Source: an uncultured virus (IMG/VR IMGVR_UViG_3300001605_000010) (taxonomy: Duplodnaviria; Heunggongvirae; Uroviricota; Caudoviricetes). Taken from it: DNA of 64,000 nt. The DNA lies in the IMG/VR virus record IMGVR_UViG_3300001605_000010, positions 1 to 64,000 of that record, one strand, 5' to 3'. Position 1 is the first letter of the stretch. Every line of letters begins with the position of its first letter. A model generated the notes under the pieces. It was not told where the DNA came from and did no database searches. It was given only the letters and a program-made list of their open reading frames with translations. Below are positions 49,046-59,850 of the stretch, one piece after another. The position numbers and the translations under genes were made by a program.

Positions 49046-49750
49046 TTATCTGCGACGATAGGTTGTGTTTTCCTTATGTATGTTCGGGACTATCAACGCC
49101 AACATGTTGATCACGCCGTGATCGTTGTGATCAAAAAACAAATGATCTTGTATGCTGTCCCAGCTGGATCGATCTACCCAATCCCTCAGGCTGGGACTCA
49201 TACGTATGGATTCCTGATTGCCAAGATAACTGCGCAGGCTCTGGGCGATGGAAGGAGTCAGCTTTCGATATCGGAAATAGCTGCGGTACTGATTTTGTGG
49301 ATTTTTTAAACAAACAGTTCCGGGTTCTCCTTGCAGTGCGCACTCGGTGATTTTCACGGGTCGAGGTGAAATACCCAGATCGCACACTGCATCAATCAAA
49401 CTCTGATCATTGGTGTAGATATATAACCAATCTCCCGAAGTCATGAATTTGTTGTGATCGCGATAGGGTGCTAGAAAATCATACACAGTGTGTAGATTAG
49501 CGAGATCCTGATCCGTGATTTCAGAAGCGTGCCAGCTCACGTTCCATGATCCGGGATTGCGGGTAAATTTTCTGCCCCAATCACGCCGTACGGAAATCCT
49601 ACGATCGATACCTGAATGATCAGAACTTTTCAATGCTGTGGCCTCCATCAGATACATCCGTATGCAGTGATGGTATTTTCCGTGCCAGGGATCAGTGCGA
49701 CATTCCCTGGCACGGATGATTTTGTTGTTAGCCGACTCTGATGATGCCAT
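49046..49750 (-). CDS. Hypothetical protein
   Basis: 234-aa ORF. Confidence 0.6.
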   Translation of the reverse strand: MASSESANNKIIRARECRTDPWHGKYHHCIRMYLMEATALKSSDHSGIDRRISVRRDWGRKFTRNPGSWNVSWHASEITDQDLANLHTVYDFLAPYRDHNKFMTSGDWLYIYTNDQSLIDAVCDLGISPRPVKITECALQGEPGTVCLKNPQNQYRSYFRYRKLTPSIAQSLRSYLGNQESIRMSPSLRDWVDRSSWDSIQDHLFFDHNDHGVINMLALIVPNIHKENTTYRRR

Positions 49751-52004
49751 CTTCGTCTACCATGGGTGCATCAATCACTGTGCTGTGATCGCAATCGTGT
49801 GACAGTTTTATCTCATCACCTTCCGCAGAAACAGTCACCACACAGTCATGCAGTCGATCAAACAGGATCATGCGGCTCAAAGGCACACGCACTAGCTCGT
49901 CGATCTTGCGACTCAGAGGTCTTGCGCCCATCTTTGAGTCGTATCCTAGACGTGCTAGAAGATCCACTGCTGCCTCGGTGAGATGCAACCGGATGTTCTT
50001 GTCCCCAAGACTGACCCGAAGTTCATCTGTGAATTTCACGACAATCTTCTTGATGGCCAAGTCGTCTAGTTTGTGGAACTTACAGATCACATCAATGCGA
50101 TTGCGCAGCTCTGGTTTGAAGAAATCTTTCAGTGCGCGATCTTCGCTGCCGGTGCGTTCCAGATCTACACCAAATCCAATATTGTTGTTTTCGTTGTCAC
50201 GAGCACCGAGATTTGATGTCATGATGATCACGGTGTTTTTGCAGTCCACCATCTTGCCATTGGAACCGGTGATATGACCTTCGTCCAGCATCTGCAGCAG
50301 GATGTTTGATACATCGGGGTGCGCTTTTTCAATCTCGTCAAACAACACTATGGCAAAAGGATGTTTGCTGAGATCTGAGATCAGTTTGCCGCCACCAAGA
50401 TTACCATCTTCAAAGCCCACATATCCCGGGGGAGCACCTATGAGACTTGATACAGTGTGCCGTTCCTGATATTCACTCATGTCGTATCTCAGGAGCTTCA
50501 TGTCGAGATTTTCTGCCAGCAAGCGTGCCAGCTCAGTCTTGCCTGTACCGGTGGGCCCCAGGAACAGGAACGACGCCATGGGTCGCCGCGTGTTACCGAT
50601 GCCGGCAAAGTTTACATATATGCGTTCTACCACAGTAGACACTGCTGCATCTTGTCCATGTAGTTTTTGCTTGATGTTGCTTTCTAGATCCAAGATACGT
50701 TCGCTCTGCTCATTTTTTAATCGATCCATGGGCACACCCGACACACGACTGACCTGGGCCAAGATCATGTCCCGGGTGATCGTGACTGTACCAGCGTCTT
50801 TGACACGCTCTCGAGCACAGGCACCGTCCAGGAGATCGATGCTTTTGTCGGGATTCTTTTTGTCATGGATATATCTGGCTGACAGTTCCACTGCAGCCGA
50901 CATGGCCTCGGTGTCAATCATCACATCATGAAATTTTTCCAAGCGCGGACTCAGACCGATCAGGATTTTTTCCGTGATCTCAGCCGAAGGCTCATCTATA
51001 CCCAGCCTATGGAAGCGTCGCATCAAAGCACGATCTTTTTCAAACGATTCGTAATATTCTTCCCAAGTGGTGCTGGCCACCACTTTCAGCACACCTTTGG
51101 TGATGGCTGGTTTGATCATGTTGGCAAAGTCCAAGGTGCTGTTGCCAGATGTTCCGGCACCACGCATGGTGTGCGCTTCATCAATGAACAGCACACATTT
51201 CTTTTTGGCCTCCAGGGCTTGTATCACTTGCTTGAGTTTTTCTTCAAACTCACCACGATACTTGGATCCTGCCAAGAGATTTCCGATCTCCAGGCTCCAG
51301 ACTTCGTGATCTCTAAGAAATTCTGGTACTGTGCCTTGTGCTATGCGCTGGCTCAGGCCTTCGATGATGGCAGTTTTGCCCACGCCAGGATCACCTACCA
51401 TGAGAACGTTGGCTTTGAAACGGCGTGCCAACACAGTGATCATCTCATCGAGATCCAGTTCGCGGCCGATCACCGGCTCTAGGCAATCTTTTCTTGCTAG
51501 TTCAGTGAGATTCACACAGTGCTCTTCCAGGATCTCTGTGGCCTGCTGATCGGTGATCTTGACATCGTTGTGATTGTAATGCTGTTCCCAGAACTTGACG
51601 AACTCTTGCTTGGTCACTCCGTACTTGAGCAAGAAATAATGCGCATGGCTGTTGGTTTCTGACATCATGGCCAGATACAGATCCGCGGTATTCATGGTAC
51701 GGCGTCCGGTGAACAACACCTGCGTGAGCGCACGATTGAATGTGCGCTCCAAGGCATTGGTCTTGCGAGGTTGTAGATCCACAGAGTTGCTGGTTAGATT
51801 GGCAATGCTGTTGATGTACTGTTCGACATCTTGTTCCAGGGCCACAACATCTGTGCCAAATTTAATCTAATAAATTACGGAATGGTAAATGCCGCAGCAG
51901 TGGCGATCAACAAGTGCGTCGGTCAGCACATAGGCATGCTGTTTTTCACGTGCTATACGCACTGCGTTTTCGATGATCTGTTCAATTTCAGGATTGTTCT
52001 GCAT
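49728..52004 (-). CDS. clpA: ClpA-like AAA+ chaperone (N-terminus frameshifted)
   Basis: GDPGVGKT, LFIDEAH, GPTGTGKT, DMSEY, GAPPGYVG, GARPL; Clp-N start MQNNPEIE at 52004 is in another frame. Confidence 0.9.
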
Positions 52005-52434
52005 GTTGCTCCTTGTGTCTATCCCACATAGTTACGCCATCTAAATGATCCAGCTCGTGCTGGAAACATCTGGCTTCAAGTCCGTAAAGCACATCATTGA
52101 TCTCTGTTCCTGCATGGTCTTGATATCTGACCTCTATCCAGTCTGGACGTTTTATTATACACTGGTCTCCGGGAAAACTCAAGCACCCTTCATCAAAATC
52201 CACCAGCACAGTGCTCTTTTCTGTGACTTCTGGATTAAAGCATGATCGATATCTACCCGCCACTGCCATCACAAACAATCTCCGACTGATGCCCACTTGT
52301 GGTGCTGCTAGTCCTATGCCGTTTTCCCGGATCATCAATGCAGTCATCTCTTCGACCAGCAGTTGATTTTTCACAGGATACTTGAAATCTATTTCTCGGG
52401 CACGATTATAAAGCACACGACGGGTGAGTTTCAT
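51988..52434 (-). CDS. def: Peptide deformylase
   Basis: GIGLAAPQVG, EGCLS, QHELDHLDG. Confidence 0.95.
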   Translation of the reverse strand: MKLTRRVLYNRAREIDFKYPVKNQLLVEEMTALMIRENGIGLAAPQVGISRRLFVMAVAGRYRSCFNPEVTEKSTVLVDFDEGCLSFPGDQCIIKRPDWIEVRYQDHAGTEINDVLYGLEARCFQHELDHLDGVTMWDRHKEQHAEQS

Positions 52435-52442
52435 AATGATAT

Positions 52443-53234
52443 TTATTGGTCGCGCTCTTTGTTGATCGCAGACAATAACTCCGGGCTGATAGAATCCGGG
52501 AACCTGGCTTGTACACGTATCAAGAGATCACCGGGTGGTCGACCTTGATACCCTGGCAGACTCTTGCCCGGAATGCCCTTGCCCCGGAGTCGCAACAGCG
52601 AACCCGGTTGTGTGCGCGGCGGCACGGTCAATATCACTGTTTGTCCCGCGAGATCCTGTATCTGTATGTCTGCACCCAATAACATGTCCCAGGCGGACAC
52701 TGTGTGATTCACCGTGACGTTTTGTCCTTGCCTTTCAATCTTAGGGTCAGGTTTTATGCGATACGTGATCACGAGATCCTGGCCGTTGGGGGCCAGCCCG
52801 GGATATCGTATAGTGTCTCCGTCATCGATGCCCGGTGGAACATCAATTTCAACATTGGTCACGATGTTGTTGAGTTGCAAAGACACTGCTCTGGGTCCTC
52901 CCCGTACTACATCAGAGAGTTCGATCCATAATGTCAGGCGTGCGGCATTGGTGCGAGTTTGCCGGAAGTTGGCACCAAACATCTGGAACAAAGAATCTAA
53001 ATCAAAATCTCCTGGGCCTGCCATGTTCACATGCACACGCTGGCGTGGATTGTCATGCTCTGATCTTTTTTGCACATCTCCCAGAACTGAATATGCTTCT
53101 TGTATCTCTTGGAACTTGGCAGTGTCGCCACCACGATCTGGATGATGCTGCGATGCCAGACGCCGGTAAGCACGCTTGATGTCATCAGCAGTGGCAGTGC
53201 GTTCAACTCCTAGGATGCGATAATAATCTTTCAC
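52443..53234 (-). CDS. dnaJ: DnaJ/CbpA-like co-chaperone
   Basis: DYYRILG, HPD; C-terminal LRLRGKG...GDL; no Zn finger. Confidence 0.9.
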   Translation of the reverse strand: MKDYYRILGVERTATADDIKRAYRRLASQHHPDRGGDTAKFQEIQEAYSVLGDVQKRSEHDNPRQRVHVNMAGPGDFDLDSLFQMFGANFRQTRTNAARLTLWIELSDVVRGGPRAVSLQLNNIVTNVEIDVPPGIDDGDTIRYPGLAPNGQDLVITYRIKPDPKIERQGQNVTVNHTVSAWDMLLGADIQIQDLAGQTVILTVPPRTQPGSLLRLRGKGIPGKSLPGYQGRPPGDLLIRVQARFPDSISPELLSAINKERDQ

Positions 53235-53268
53235 GCTGTATTATAGCATGGATAGCAAGTGGCTGTGA

Positions 53269-53649
53269 TTATTTTGGATCTTTTTTGGGCTCATAATATT
53301 CCTGATACCTGATAATGATCTGTCTTTGTGTGGCAATGAAATTGCGGATCTCTGCTTGAGTCATGGCCAGTTCTTCATAGCCATCATCAGTGATGGCGAA
53401 CAACACCAGGTCGATATTTCTACTTTTCAAGTCGGCCCAGATCTGGTCAGCATTTTCCGGAGTGATCACTATCCACCGCATGGAACGCGGGGCCAAGGGC
53501 GCGGGCAACGATAGCGCCAACGGAGTGCGCTCCACTGCCCGGGTCTGTATCTCTACCGGCTTGACTCTCTCGCCAAACCATGAAAAACCAGCGCAGCCGC
53601 TAAGGAGCAACGGGGCGATAAAGAGGATTGGCCAGTGTCGGACATTCAC
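53269..53649 (-). CDS. Putative outer-membrane spanin (lipoprotein)
   Basis: Lipobox LSGC, Pro-rich; overlaps the i-spanin end. Confidence 0.7.
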   Translation of the reverse strand: MNVRHWPILFIAPLLLSGCAGFSWFGERVKPVEIQTRAVERTPLALSLPAPLAPRSMRWIVITPENADQIWADLKSRNIDLVLFAITDDGYEELAMTQAEIRNFIATQRQIIIRYQEYYEPKKDPK

Positions 53650-54097
53650 GATTGATCTCACTTGAAGTTTTTGCATTCTTTTCTTGTTCAGTCAGCGGCG
53701 AGCCACTGGCTATTTCCAAACAACGCCGGGCATTGTCGGATCCACGATTGACCAAGCGTTCCACTGATCCGGGACGTGCTGCTGCGATAGCACCGAAATC
53801 TCGAGCTTCGCCACGGGCGTTGACATTAAAACGATCAGTCAATGCCCGGACTTCGGCCTGTTGACGTTGGTTTTCTTGCTGAAGCTCAGAGTTGATGGTT
53901 TGTATCTGGGCAATATCACGCCGCATGGCCTCCATGAGACTTTTTTGCGTTTCGATACCTTCCCGGAGTCGGTCGGCATTGATCTTGGCCACAGCCAAGT
54001 CAGCACGCAGTCCTGTAGCATACCAGGCACCACCAGCTATGACAACGACTATGATCAGTGCCGCAACGGCCTTGATTGTGGTACCGATTCCCAACAT
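53600..54097 (-). CDS. Putative inner-membrane spanin
   Basis: N-terminal TM then coiled coil; follows the endolysin. Confidence 0.7.
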   Translation of the reverse strand: MLGIGTTIKAVAALIIVVVIAGGAWYATGLRADLAVAKINADRLREGIETQKSLMEAMRRDIAQIQTINSELQQENQRQQAEVRALTDRFNVNARGEARDFGAIAAARPGSVERLVNRGSDNARRCLEIASGSPLTEQEKNAKTSSEINRECPTLANPLYRPVAP

Positions 54098-54561
54098 CAG
54101 GCTATCAATCCAGGCTTGTAAACAACCTTGCCATTTTCTCTCATGGCGGTGAGAGATTGACATTTGAGATTGGTAGGATCATAGCTCACATGAACCCAGC
54201 CCGAATCGGGAATTCCCGGAGTATAAAACTCCAGGATCAACTGGGTGAATTTGTAATTGTCTTGGATGTGCTTGGCCAATTCATAATTGGGCACACCGGG
54301 TATTTCAATGTCAGCAGCCTGGCCCCGTGTATGATCCGAAGTACGGCTGCCGCCCACAGCAGCATTGACATCGGGACTGCGGTACCCCGAGTTGACCTTG
54401 ACACCTTTTTTGTAGTGATTTCTAATGGGTTGCAGTACCTTTTCCGCCAGAACTTTAAGGTTAGCAATCACAGCATCCGTGGGGGTGTTGTCTATTCCCT
54501 TGCGCACAGCAGTTTCGCTTTTGATCATTTCGTGCAGACTAAAGTTTTCTGTAAGTTTCAT
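54097..54561 (-). CDS. Endolysin, peptidase M15A family
   Basis: SGYRS...SDHTRGQAAD, WVHVS. Confidence 0.85.
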   Translation of the reverse strand: MKLTENFSLHEMIKSETAVRKGIDNTPTDAVIANLKVLAEKVLQPIRNHYKKGVKVNSGYRSPDVNAAVGGSRTSDHTRGQAADIEIPGVPNYELAKHIQDNYKFTQLILEFYTPGIPDSGWVHVSYDPTNLKCQSLTAMRENGKVVYKPGLIA

Positions 54562-54584
54562 AATATACTCCTATTATCTCTCCG

Positions 54585-54788
54585 TTATTTAGTTCCCCAG
54601 CGGATCCTGCTCCATACTCGTTCATGCATCCAATAAAGCAGTGTGTTTACTATTAAATGCACAAAACCAATAGTGCCACTGACAACCACAGATCCCGTAA
54701 CCAAATATGCTATGATCATGGCCGATGTAGATCCGATTATGCGCCAGGTCATGGTTTTGGCCAAACTGCGACTTTGAGTCTCAACCAA
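54585..54788 (-). CDS. Small membrane protein (DUF2061-like)
   Basis: RSLAKTMTWR...YWMHERVW..I.WG. Confidence 0.75.
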   Translation of the reverse strand: MVETQSRSLAKTMTWRIIGSTSAMIIAYLVTGSVVVSGTIGFVHLIVNTLLYWMHERVWSRIRWGTK

Positions 54789-55617
54789 GTCCCATTTCCT
54801 TGCGAATCTTGGTAGCTGATATAGCGTGAATAGCTTCGTCGAAAGTTTCTTGCTCTATTTTATAGCCAACATCCCGCCCATAGGTTATGTTTACAATGTT
54901 AGGAACCACCTGGATCTCATATTGGCCTTGATAAAGAGGATCAAGATCATGACGTATACGATCTTTGACTTCTTCCAAGGCAAAAGGATTGGATCCGTTC
55001 CAGCCCTGGCAGTCACGGATCATGATGCACACCTGACCGGTCTTGGCCATGGCTCGTTCAAACAAAGCACGATGCCCCGGATGCCATGGCTGCCATCGCC
55101 CCAACATCTGCACTGTTTCTCGTTTCCAATCAAACATCGGACGGCGCCGGTTTTCTAATATGTGTTCACCGATAAATTCTGCCCATTTTTCGGCGTTCTG
55201 TTCGTTGATCCGAAAATCATAAACAGTGGGTGGAACAAACGCTCGATTGGTGTCTTCATAACGACCTTGTTCAATAGTGTCCATCCATATAACCCAATCG
55301 GCTTTGAAATTATTACGCATTTCGGCCAGTGGAGCTACAAAATCACATATCACAAAGTCTCCACGGCATTCTAAGGCAAAATCCAACATTCGTAAACTCT
55401 GTCGGATACGTCCTTCCCGGCTGAAATCCCAGTCATTGAATTTTTTTCTTACCTCATCGGCATTAAACCAATCCACTCGAGCATGGCTTTGCGATTCTGT
55501 TTCTGCATCCGATCGGAAAAACAAGCTATGATCTTCTAGATACTGTTTTAGGGCCTGGGCCATGAAAGTTTTTCCAGAGCCGGGCAGTCCCATGATGAGT
55601 ATACGTTTTGCTGCCAT
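54781..55617 (-). CDS. Adenylylsulfate-kinase-like P-loop domain fused to cytidylyltransferase domain
   Basis: GLPGSGKT, ADEVR, DFSREGR; MLGRWQPWHPGH, ISATKIR. Confidence 0.8.
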   Translation of the reverse strand: MAAKRILIMGLPGSGKTFMAQALKQYLEDHSLFFRSDAETESQSHARVDWFNADEVRKKFNDWDFSREGRIRQSLRMLDFALECRGDFVICDFVAPLAEMRNNFKADWVIWMDTIEQGRYEDTNRAFVPPTVYDFRINEQNAEKWAEFIGEHILENRRRPMFDWKRETVQMLGRWQPWHPGHRALFERAMAKTGQVCIMIRDCQGWNGSNPFALEEVKDRIRHDLDPLYQGQYEIQVVPNIVNITYGRDVGYKIEQETFDEAIHAISATKIRKEMGLG

Positions 55618-55618
55618 G

Positions 55619-56296
55619 TTATTTTTCCTTTCGATAATTGGTTAAAATTAATTCAACTTCGGGCGTCATATATTCCGCAGCATCCCGATGTGCTTGTTCC
55701 AATGGATGCCAATTATCACTGATTTTAAATCCTCGATCTCGACTCCAGTCTAGGAAATTTTTTCCGTGAAACGCTGTCAGGTAATCTGATATTTTTTTTT
55801 GCATAATTTCTATAGATCCTGGATGATGCCAATTGGGATCGATCGGTGTTAACAAATTATAGTCCATGTATGTCATGATAAATGGGTATTTTCGTTCTTT
55901 TAAAAATTCTATAGCAGTATTGATATGATATGCCGATTCGATCATGTCTCGGAATTGACTGTGTAGATTCCGGTAGTAAAACTTTTCGATCTCTGTATCT
56001 TCTGCGGGGCGTAATGTTTGCCAGGATTCCTGACCGTCAATGTAATCAAATCTGTCGATCCAGGTCCAATTTACAATTATCAATGCTGGATCATCCAATG
56101 ATGCTTGTGCAATTAAATCAGTTAGTATCTTGAAATTTCCTTGTCCCGGTAGAGCGTAGCATTTGTATCCTACTCCAAATTTTTTAGCCAGTAATGCAGG
56201 CCAGGTACTCATTGAGGGAATGAGCGCTGTATAGTCTGGACAATCTTGTAGATCAGTCCCGTAGGTGAAGCTACACCCAAAACTTTTGATTTTCAT
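55619..56296 (-). CDS. SGNH-like hypothetical protein
   Basis: FGCSFTYG, GQGN, NWTWIDR, HPLEQAH. Confidence 0.65.
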   Translation of the reverse strand: MKIKSFGCSFTYGTDLQDCPDYTALIPSMSTWPALLAKKFGVGYKCYALPGQGNFKILTDLIAQASLDDPALIIVNWTWIDRFDYIDGQESWQTLRPAEDTEIEKFYYRNLHSQFRDMIESAYHINTAIEFLKERKYPFIMTYMDYNLLTPIDPNWHHPGSIEIMQKKISDYLTAFHGKNFLDWSRDRGFKISDNWHPLEQAHRDAAEYMTPEVELILTNYRKEK

Positions 56297-56321
56297 TGAG
56301 GCGAATTGTACTGTTGATTAA

Positions 56322-56867
56322 TTATATACCGGCGGCTGACTGGATGGTGCGTATTTCTGCGTCGCGTTCGAAAATCTGCACAGGATCTATACCAGCAGCG
56401 GCTCGCATCTCGTTGAGATCGGATTCTTTTTTCTTGCGATATTCTTTGGGACTCAAGGGAACCAAGCGGTTAAATATCTCACGATCAAACGGAGATTCGC
56501 GACCATCATAGTGCATGGTCCAGTCTTCTGGGCCAAACTCTGTGAGCGTGGAGAGATCGTCTATAGCCCCGGCTATCTTTTCGCCTGCGGTGCTGCGACG
56601 GCGAATTTCTATGTAAACCAAATATCTTCCTGGGCGTATTTCTCCGGGACTGACATCGGCATCCAGCACCCAGTCATAGCCCTTCTCAAACCAGTTCATG
56701 AGATCTCGAGCAGCTTGTTTGGCTCGGACAAAAAAACTTATCACGATGATGTCATCATCATCACCCATCTTGGAAGCGAACTCATCCACATGGATGGTAG
56801 GCTTCATCATGCCCACCATGTCTTTGTATTCAAGACCCTCAGAAAGCTGGCGGCATTGGTTGTGCAT
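56322..56867 (-). CDS. Hypothetical jumbo-phage protein
   Basis: IHVDEFASKMG..., LDADVSPGE. Confidence 0.7.
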   Translation of the reverse strand: MHNQCRQLSEGLEYKDMVGMMKPTIHVDEFASKMGDDDDIIVISFFVRAKQAARDLMNWFEKGYDWVLDADVSPGEIRPGRYLVYIEIRRRSTAGEKIAGAIDDLSTLTEFGPEDWTMHYDGRESPFDREIFNRLVPLSPKEYRKKKESDLNEMRAAAGIDPVQIFERDAEIRTIQSAAGI

Positions 56868-57414
56868 TGGGATCCATTTCTTCAGTACGTGTTTCTTGTT
56901 GATCGAGATCTTCTTCATAGGCTGAGTCAAGATCTTCGAGATCTATGGTTTGATCTTCTAGCTCGATTGAGCCGGTGCGGATATCGCTCATTAAACTCTT
57001 GGGCATCACGATCTCCACTAGCCAGACTTTTTTCTCGATCAGGCGTGCTTTATGTGTGCCCGGAATATAGTCATCGGGATTTTCTATCTTGACAGGTATC
57101 TTGATAGTGGTTTTTTTATAACGTATTTCACAGTCAAAGGGCAGCAATCTGCGGGCACCACGTGGATCGGGCATGAGACGTTCTGGCCACATAAAAATGC
57201 ATCCTACCCGGTATCTACCGATGTCGGGACCTTGTACTAGCTCCCCCAGTTGCCAGTTTTTAAAAGCATAAAGATCTAGTTCGTCCAACACACGCTCAAA
57301 ATCCAGCAGGGTCAGCAAGCTGCCTTCGCTGAGGTAGAGATCGCGGATGTTTTCGGCTACCAACCAGTAGTCGCTGTGATCTTTGAAAATTTCAGAATCA
57401 AGACTTGAGTTCAT
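56839..57414 (-). CDS. Hypothetical jumbo-phage protein
   Basis: LLDFERVLDELDLYAFKNW, MPDPRGA; TAAATA upstream. Confidence 0.75.
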   Translation of the reverse strand: MNSSLDSEIFKDHSDYWLVAENIRDLYLSEGSLLTLLDFERVLDELDLYAFKNWQLGELVQGPDIGRYRVGCIFMWPERLMPDPRGARRLLPFDCEIRYKKTTIKIPVKIENPDDYIPGTHKARLIEKKVWLVEIVMPKSLMSDIRTGSIELEDQTIDLEDLDSAYEEDLDQQETRTEEMDPNAQPMPPAF

Positions 57415-57586
57415 CGTTGAGTATTTATGGTGAGTGCAAGTATATCCAAAGATTGCAGATCTCAAGCACAGTCTAATACTTATACCCAGATATCTGAGAT
57501 ATACACCCACATAAAACTCACAGACCCTGGATCCTAAATACTCAGTGCAGATCAATAGTATCGCACATCACACAGGAGAATATAAC

Positions 57587-58348
57587 TTGAGTAGAGCACG
57601 AGGAGCCAAGGCGCAACGCCGACAGCAGCAACAGTTTTACCCGCATCTCCAGCAACAGCCCCAAGAAAATACCATAGAATTTAACCGGCATCGGAAATCA
57701 CAGGCCCGTGTTATAGACTTGGTACCAAAAAGCCTGGGACAAGAAAAATTAGTCCTAGCCCTGACAGATCCCAACACTACTATCACTGTAGCAGTGGGGC
57801 CCGCAGGCACGGGCAAGACTTACATGGCCATGCTGGCTGCAATACGGGCACTGAGAGCCGGAGAATGTGAACGCATAGTGCTGACACGGCCCGCGGTGGG
57901 AGTAGATGATGAGCAGCATGGATTCCTGCCCGGGGATCTGATATCGAAAATGGAACCCTGGACTAGACCTTTGCTAGATGTTCTAAAAGAGTTTTACCAT
58001 CCTCGTGAGGTCGCTCAGATGATTGAAGATCAGGTCATAGAAATCTCTCCTTTGGCATATATGCGGGGGCGTACCTTCAAGCGAGCCTGGATCGTGGCAG
58101 ATGAGATGCAAAATGCCACACCTGGCCAGATGAAAATGCTGCTCACACGCATAGGAGAAGATTCTCGCATAGTGGTCACTGGTGACGTTGAACAAACTGA
58201 TCGCCAGAAAGTCAATAACGGCTTGCTAGATCTCAGCGACCGCTTGATCCAATCCTCTGTGCCAGGTATACGAGCTGTGACCCTGCACAATCGAGATGTG
58301 CAGCGTCATCCTATCATTGGACGGATACTGGATCTTTATCAGGAGTAG
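57587..58348 (+). CDS. phoH: PhoH-like ATPase
   Basis: GPAGTGKT, LTRPAV, GFLPG, YMRGRT, DEMQN, GDVEQ; TTG start after AGGAG. Confidence 0.95.
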   Translation: MSRARGAKAQRRQQQQFYPHLQQQPQENTIEFNRHRKSQARVIDLVPKSLGQEKLVLALTDPNTTITVAVGPAGTGKTYMAMLAAIRALRAGECERIVLTRPAVGVDDEQHGFLPGDLISKMEPWTRPLLDVLKEFYHPREVAQMIEDQVIEISPLAYMRGRTFKRAWIVADEMQNATPGQMKMLLTRIGEDSRIVVTGDVEQTDRQKVNNGLLDLSDRLIQSSVPGIRAVTLHNRDVQRHPIIGRILDLYQE

Positions 58349-58640
58349 ACGTAGTTGACTCGACGATCTTGAGGCCATTGGCGGCTTCGAGATCTTCGAT
58401 GATCTTGGGATAATGCTGGTGATAGAAATCCCGGATGCGCCACCAGTCACGTGGTACTGCGACTCCATCCATGCTGGCCTGTACTACCTGTTGTTTCTGA
58501 AAGTCCAAGATCACAGCAGCAGATTGATTGTCTTTTCGACGCAGGTTACGTCGGACACTGATGATCTCATCCATTTGTTCTTGCATTTTTTGCCCACGCC
58601 GCACCATCACACGCATGTAGTTGACGATGAAATATCTCAT
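58314..58640 (-). CDS. Hypothetical protein
   Basis: MRYFIVNY... ATGA overlap with the clamp loader gene. Confidence 0.65.
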   Translation of the reverse strand: MRYFIVNYMRVMVRRGQKMQEQMDEIISVRRNLRRKDNQSAAVILDFQKQQVVQASMDGVAVPRDWWRIRDFYHQHYPKIIEDLEAANGLKIVESTTSTPDKDPVSVQ

Positions 58641-59554
58641 AAATTTGCCAGTTCGATAATAGTTGCTGAAAGATTGATCTCTTGATCTGCTACCAAGGGA
58701 ACATTGGCCAAGCCATTGCGTATGATCACGATGGCCTGATCTTGTTTTTCTTGATCCGCACTCCATAAGCCTAGATTGTCGTACATCCAACGGAACACTT
58801 CCTCCATCTCTTCGGGTCTCACCGAAGCACACATCAGTTTGCGAGCTTCCAGGATTTTTCCTTGTTTGAAGAGATTTACCACATCCAGTTTCCACTCCCG
58901 CAGCCCGCCTTCGTCACCGTGTGGTGCTGTGAGCCGACCTTGGGTGCTGTTCATCTGACAGATGTTGAGACATTTACGTAGATCCGGATAAGTGGCCTTG
59001 ACATAGGTATCTAGCGTATCTAGGTCAAATTCCACATTTTCGGTAACAAGAACCGTGGCAACCCGAGCCGTGAACTCAGTGACATCCACTCGATCGATGT
59101 GGAATCCCTGACACCGTGAATGCAGTGCGGGTATAACACGATTGGGATAGTTACAGGTAAGTATGAATCTAGCACTGGCATGATATGTCTCCATGACACC
59201 GCGCAGCGCGGCCTGCCCATTGGGTGATATGTAATCTGCTTCGTCCAACAGCACAATCTTGAATTCACCAAATGGCATGGTCTGTACAAAGCCTGTGATC
59301 TTGTCTCGTATAATGTCCACAGAGTTTTCCCGACTGGCATTGATCTCCAGCACATCATAGTCATCAATTTCTAGTTCGTTGATGAGTATTTTTGCCAGAG
59401 TGGTTTTACCCACTCCCGGTGCTCCAGAAAACAACAAATGTGGAATGGATTTTGATTTGATCCACTCCGAGACTTGTTCTCTCTGTGCTGCATCACGGAA
59501 CACATAATCTGCTGTGGTCCTGGGACGATATGACTCCGTCCATAATTTCTTCAT
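58637..59554 (-). CDS. Clamp loader AAA+ subunit (RFC/gp44-like)
   Basis: LWTESYRP, GAPGVGKT, EINAS, LDEAD, SRC, PDLRK. Confidence 0.9.
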   Translation of the reverse strand: MKKLWTESYRPRTTADYVFRDAAQREQVSEWIKSKSIPHLLFSGAPGVGKTTLAKILINELEIDDYDVLEINASRENSVDIIRDKITGFVQTMPFGEFKIVLLDEADYISPNGQAALRGVMETYHASARFILTCNYPNRVIPALHSRCQGFHIDRVDVTEFTARVATVLVTENVEFDLDTLDTYVKATYPDLRKCLNICQMNSTQGRLTAPHGDEGGLREWKLDVVNLFKQGKILEARKLMCASVRPEEMEEVFRWMYDNLGLWSADQEKQDQAIVIIRNGLANVPLVADQEINLSATIIELANL

Positions 59555-59850
59555 ACCATCTCCTCGGCCACACCAATAATCTCGGCTAGGATCAAGAATG
59601 CACCAGCTAGGATCAAGTTCTGAGGCCATACCAGGGCGATACCGGCAGCGATGCGCACAGCGCTTTTGATCATGCTGAGTTGGAAATGTCGTCGAGCGTC
59701 GGGTTGTTTCATAAATTTCTCCAGGTCAATTAAAGGTGGATGATGTGGACAGCGACCTTGGCGATAATCGCAGTTCGGGCTGTATGGTTTACCGCAGGTT
59801 TGGCAATCTACGGTTGTTTTAGTTTTTGTATCAGGCGTTCTTGTTCCCAT
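59551..59850 (-). CDS. Small membrane protein with N-terminal Cys cluster
   Basis: CQTC..C..CPHH then hydrophobic segments; start uncertain. Confidence 0.5.
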   Translation of the reverse strand: MGTRTPDTKTKTTVDCQTCGKPYSPNCDYRQGRCPHHPPLIDLEKFMKQPDARRHFQLSMIKSAVRIAAGIALVWPQNLILAGAFLILAEIIGVAEEMV

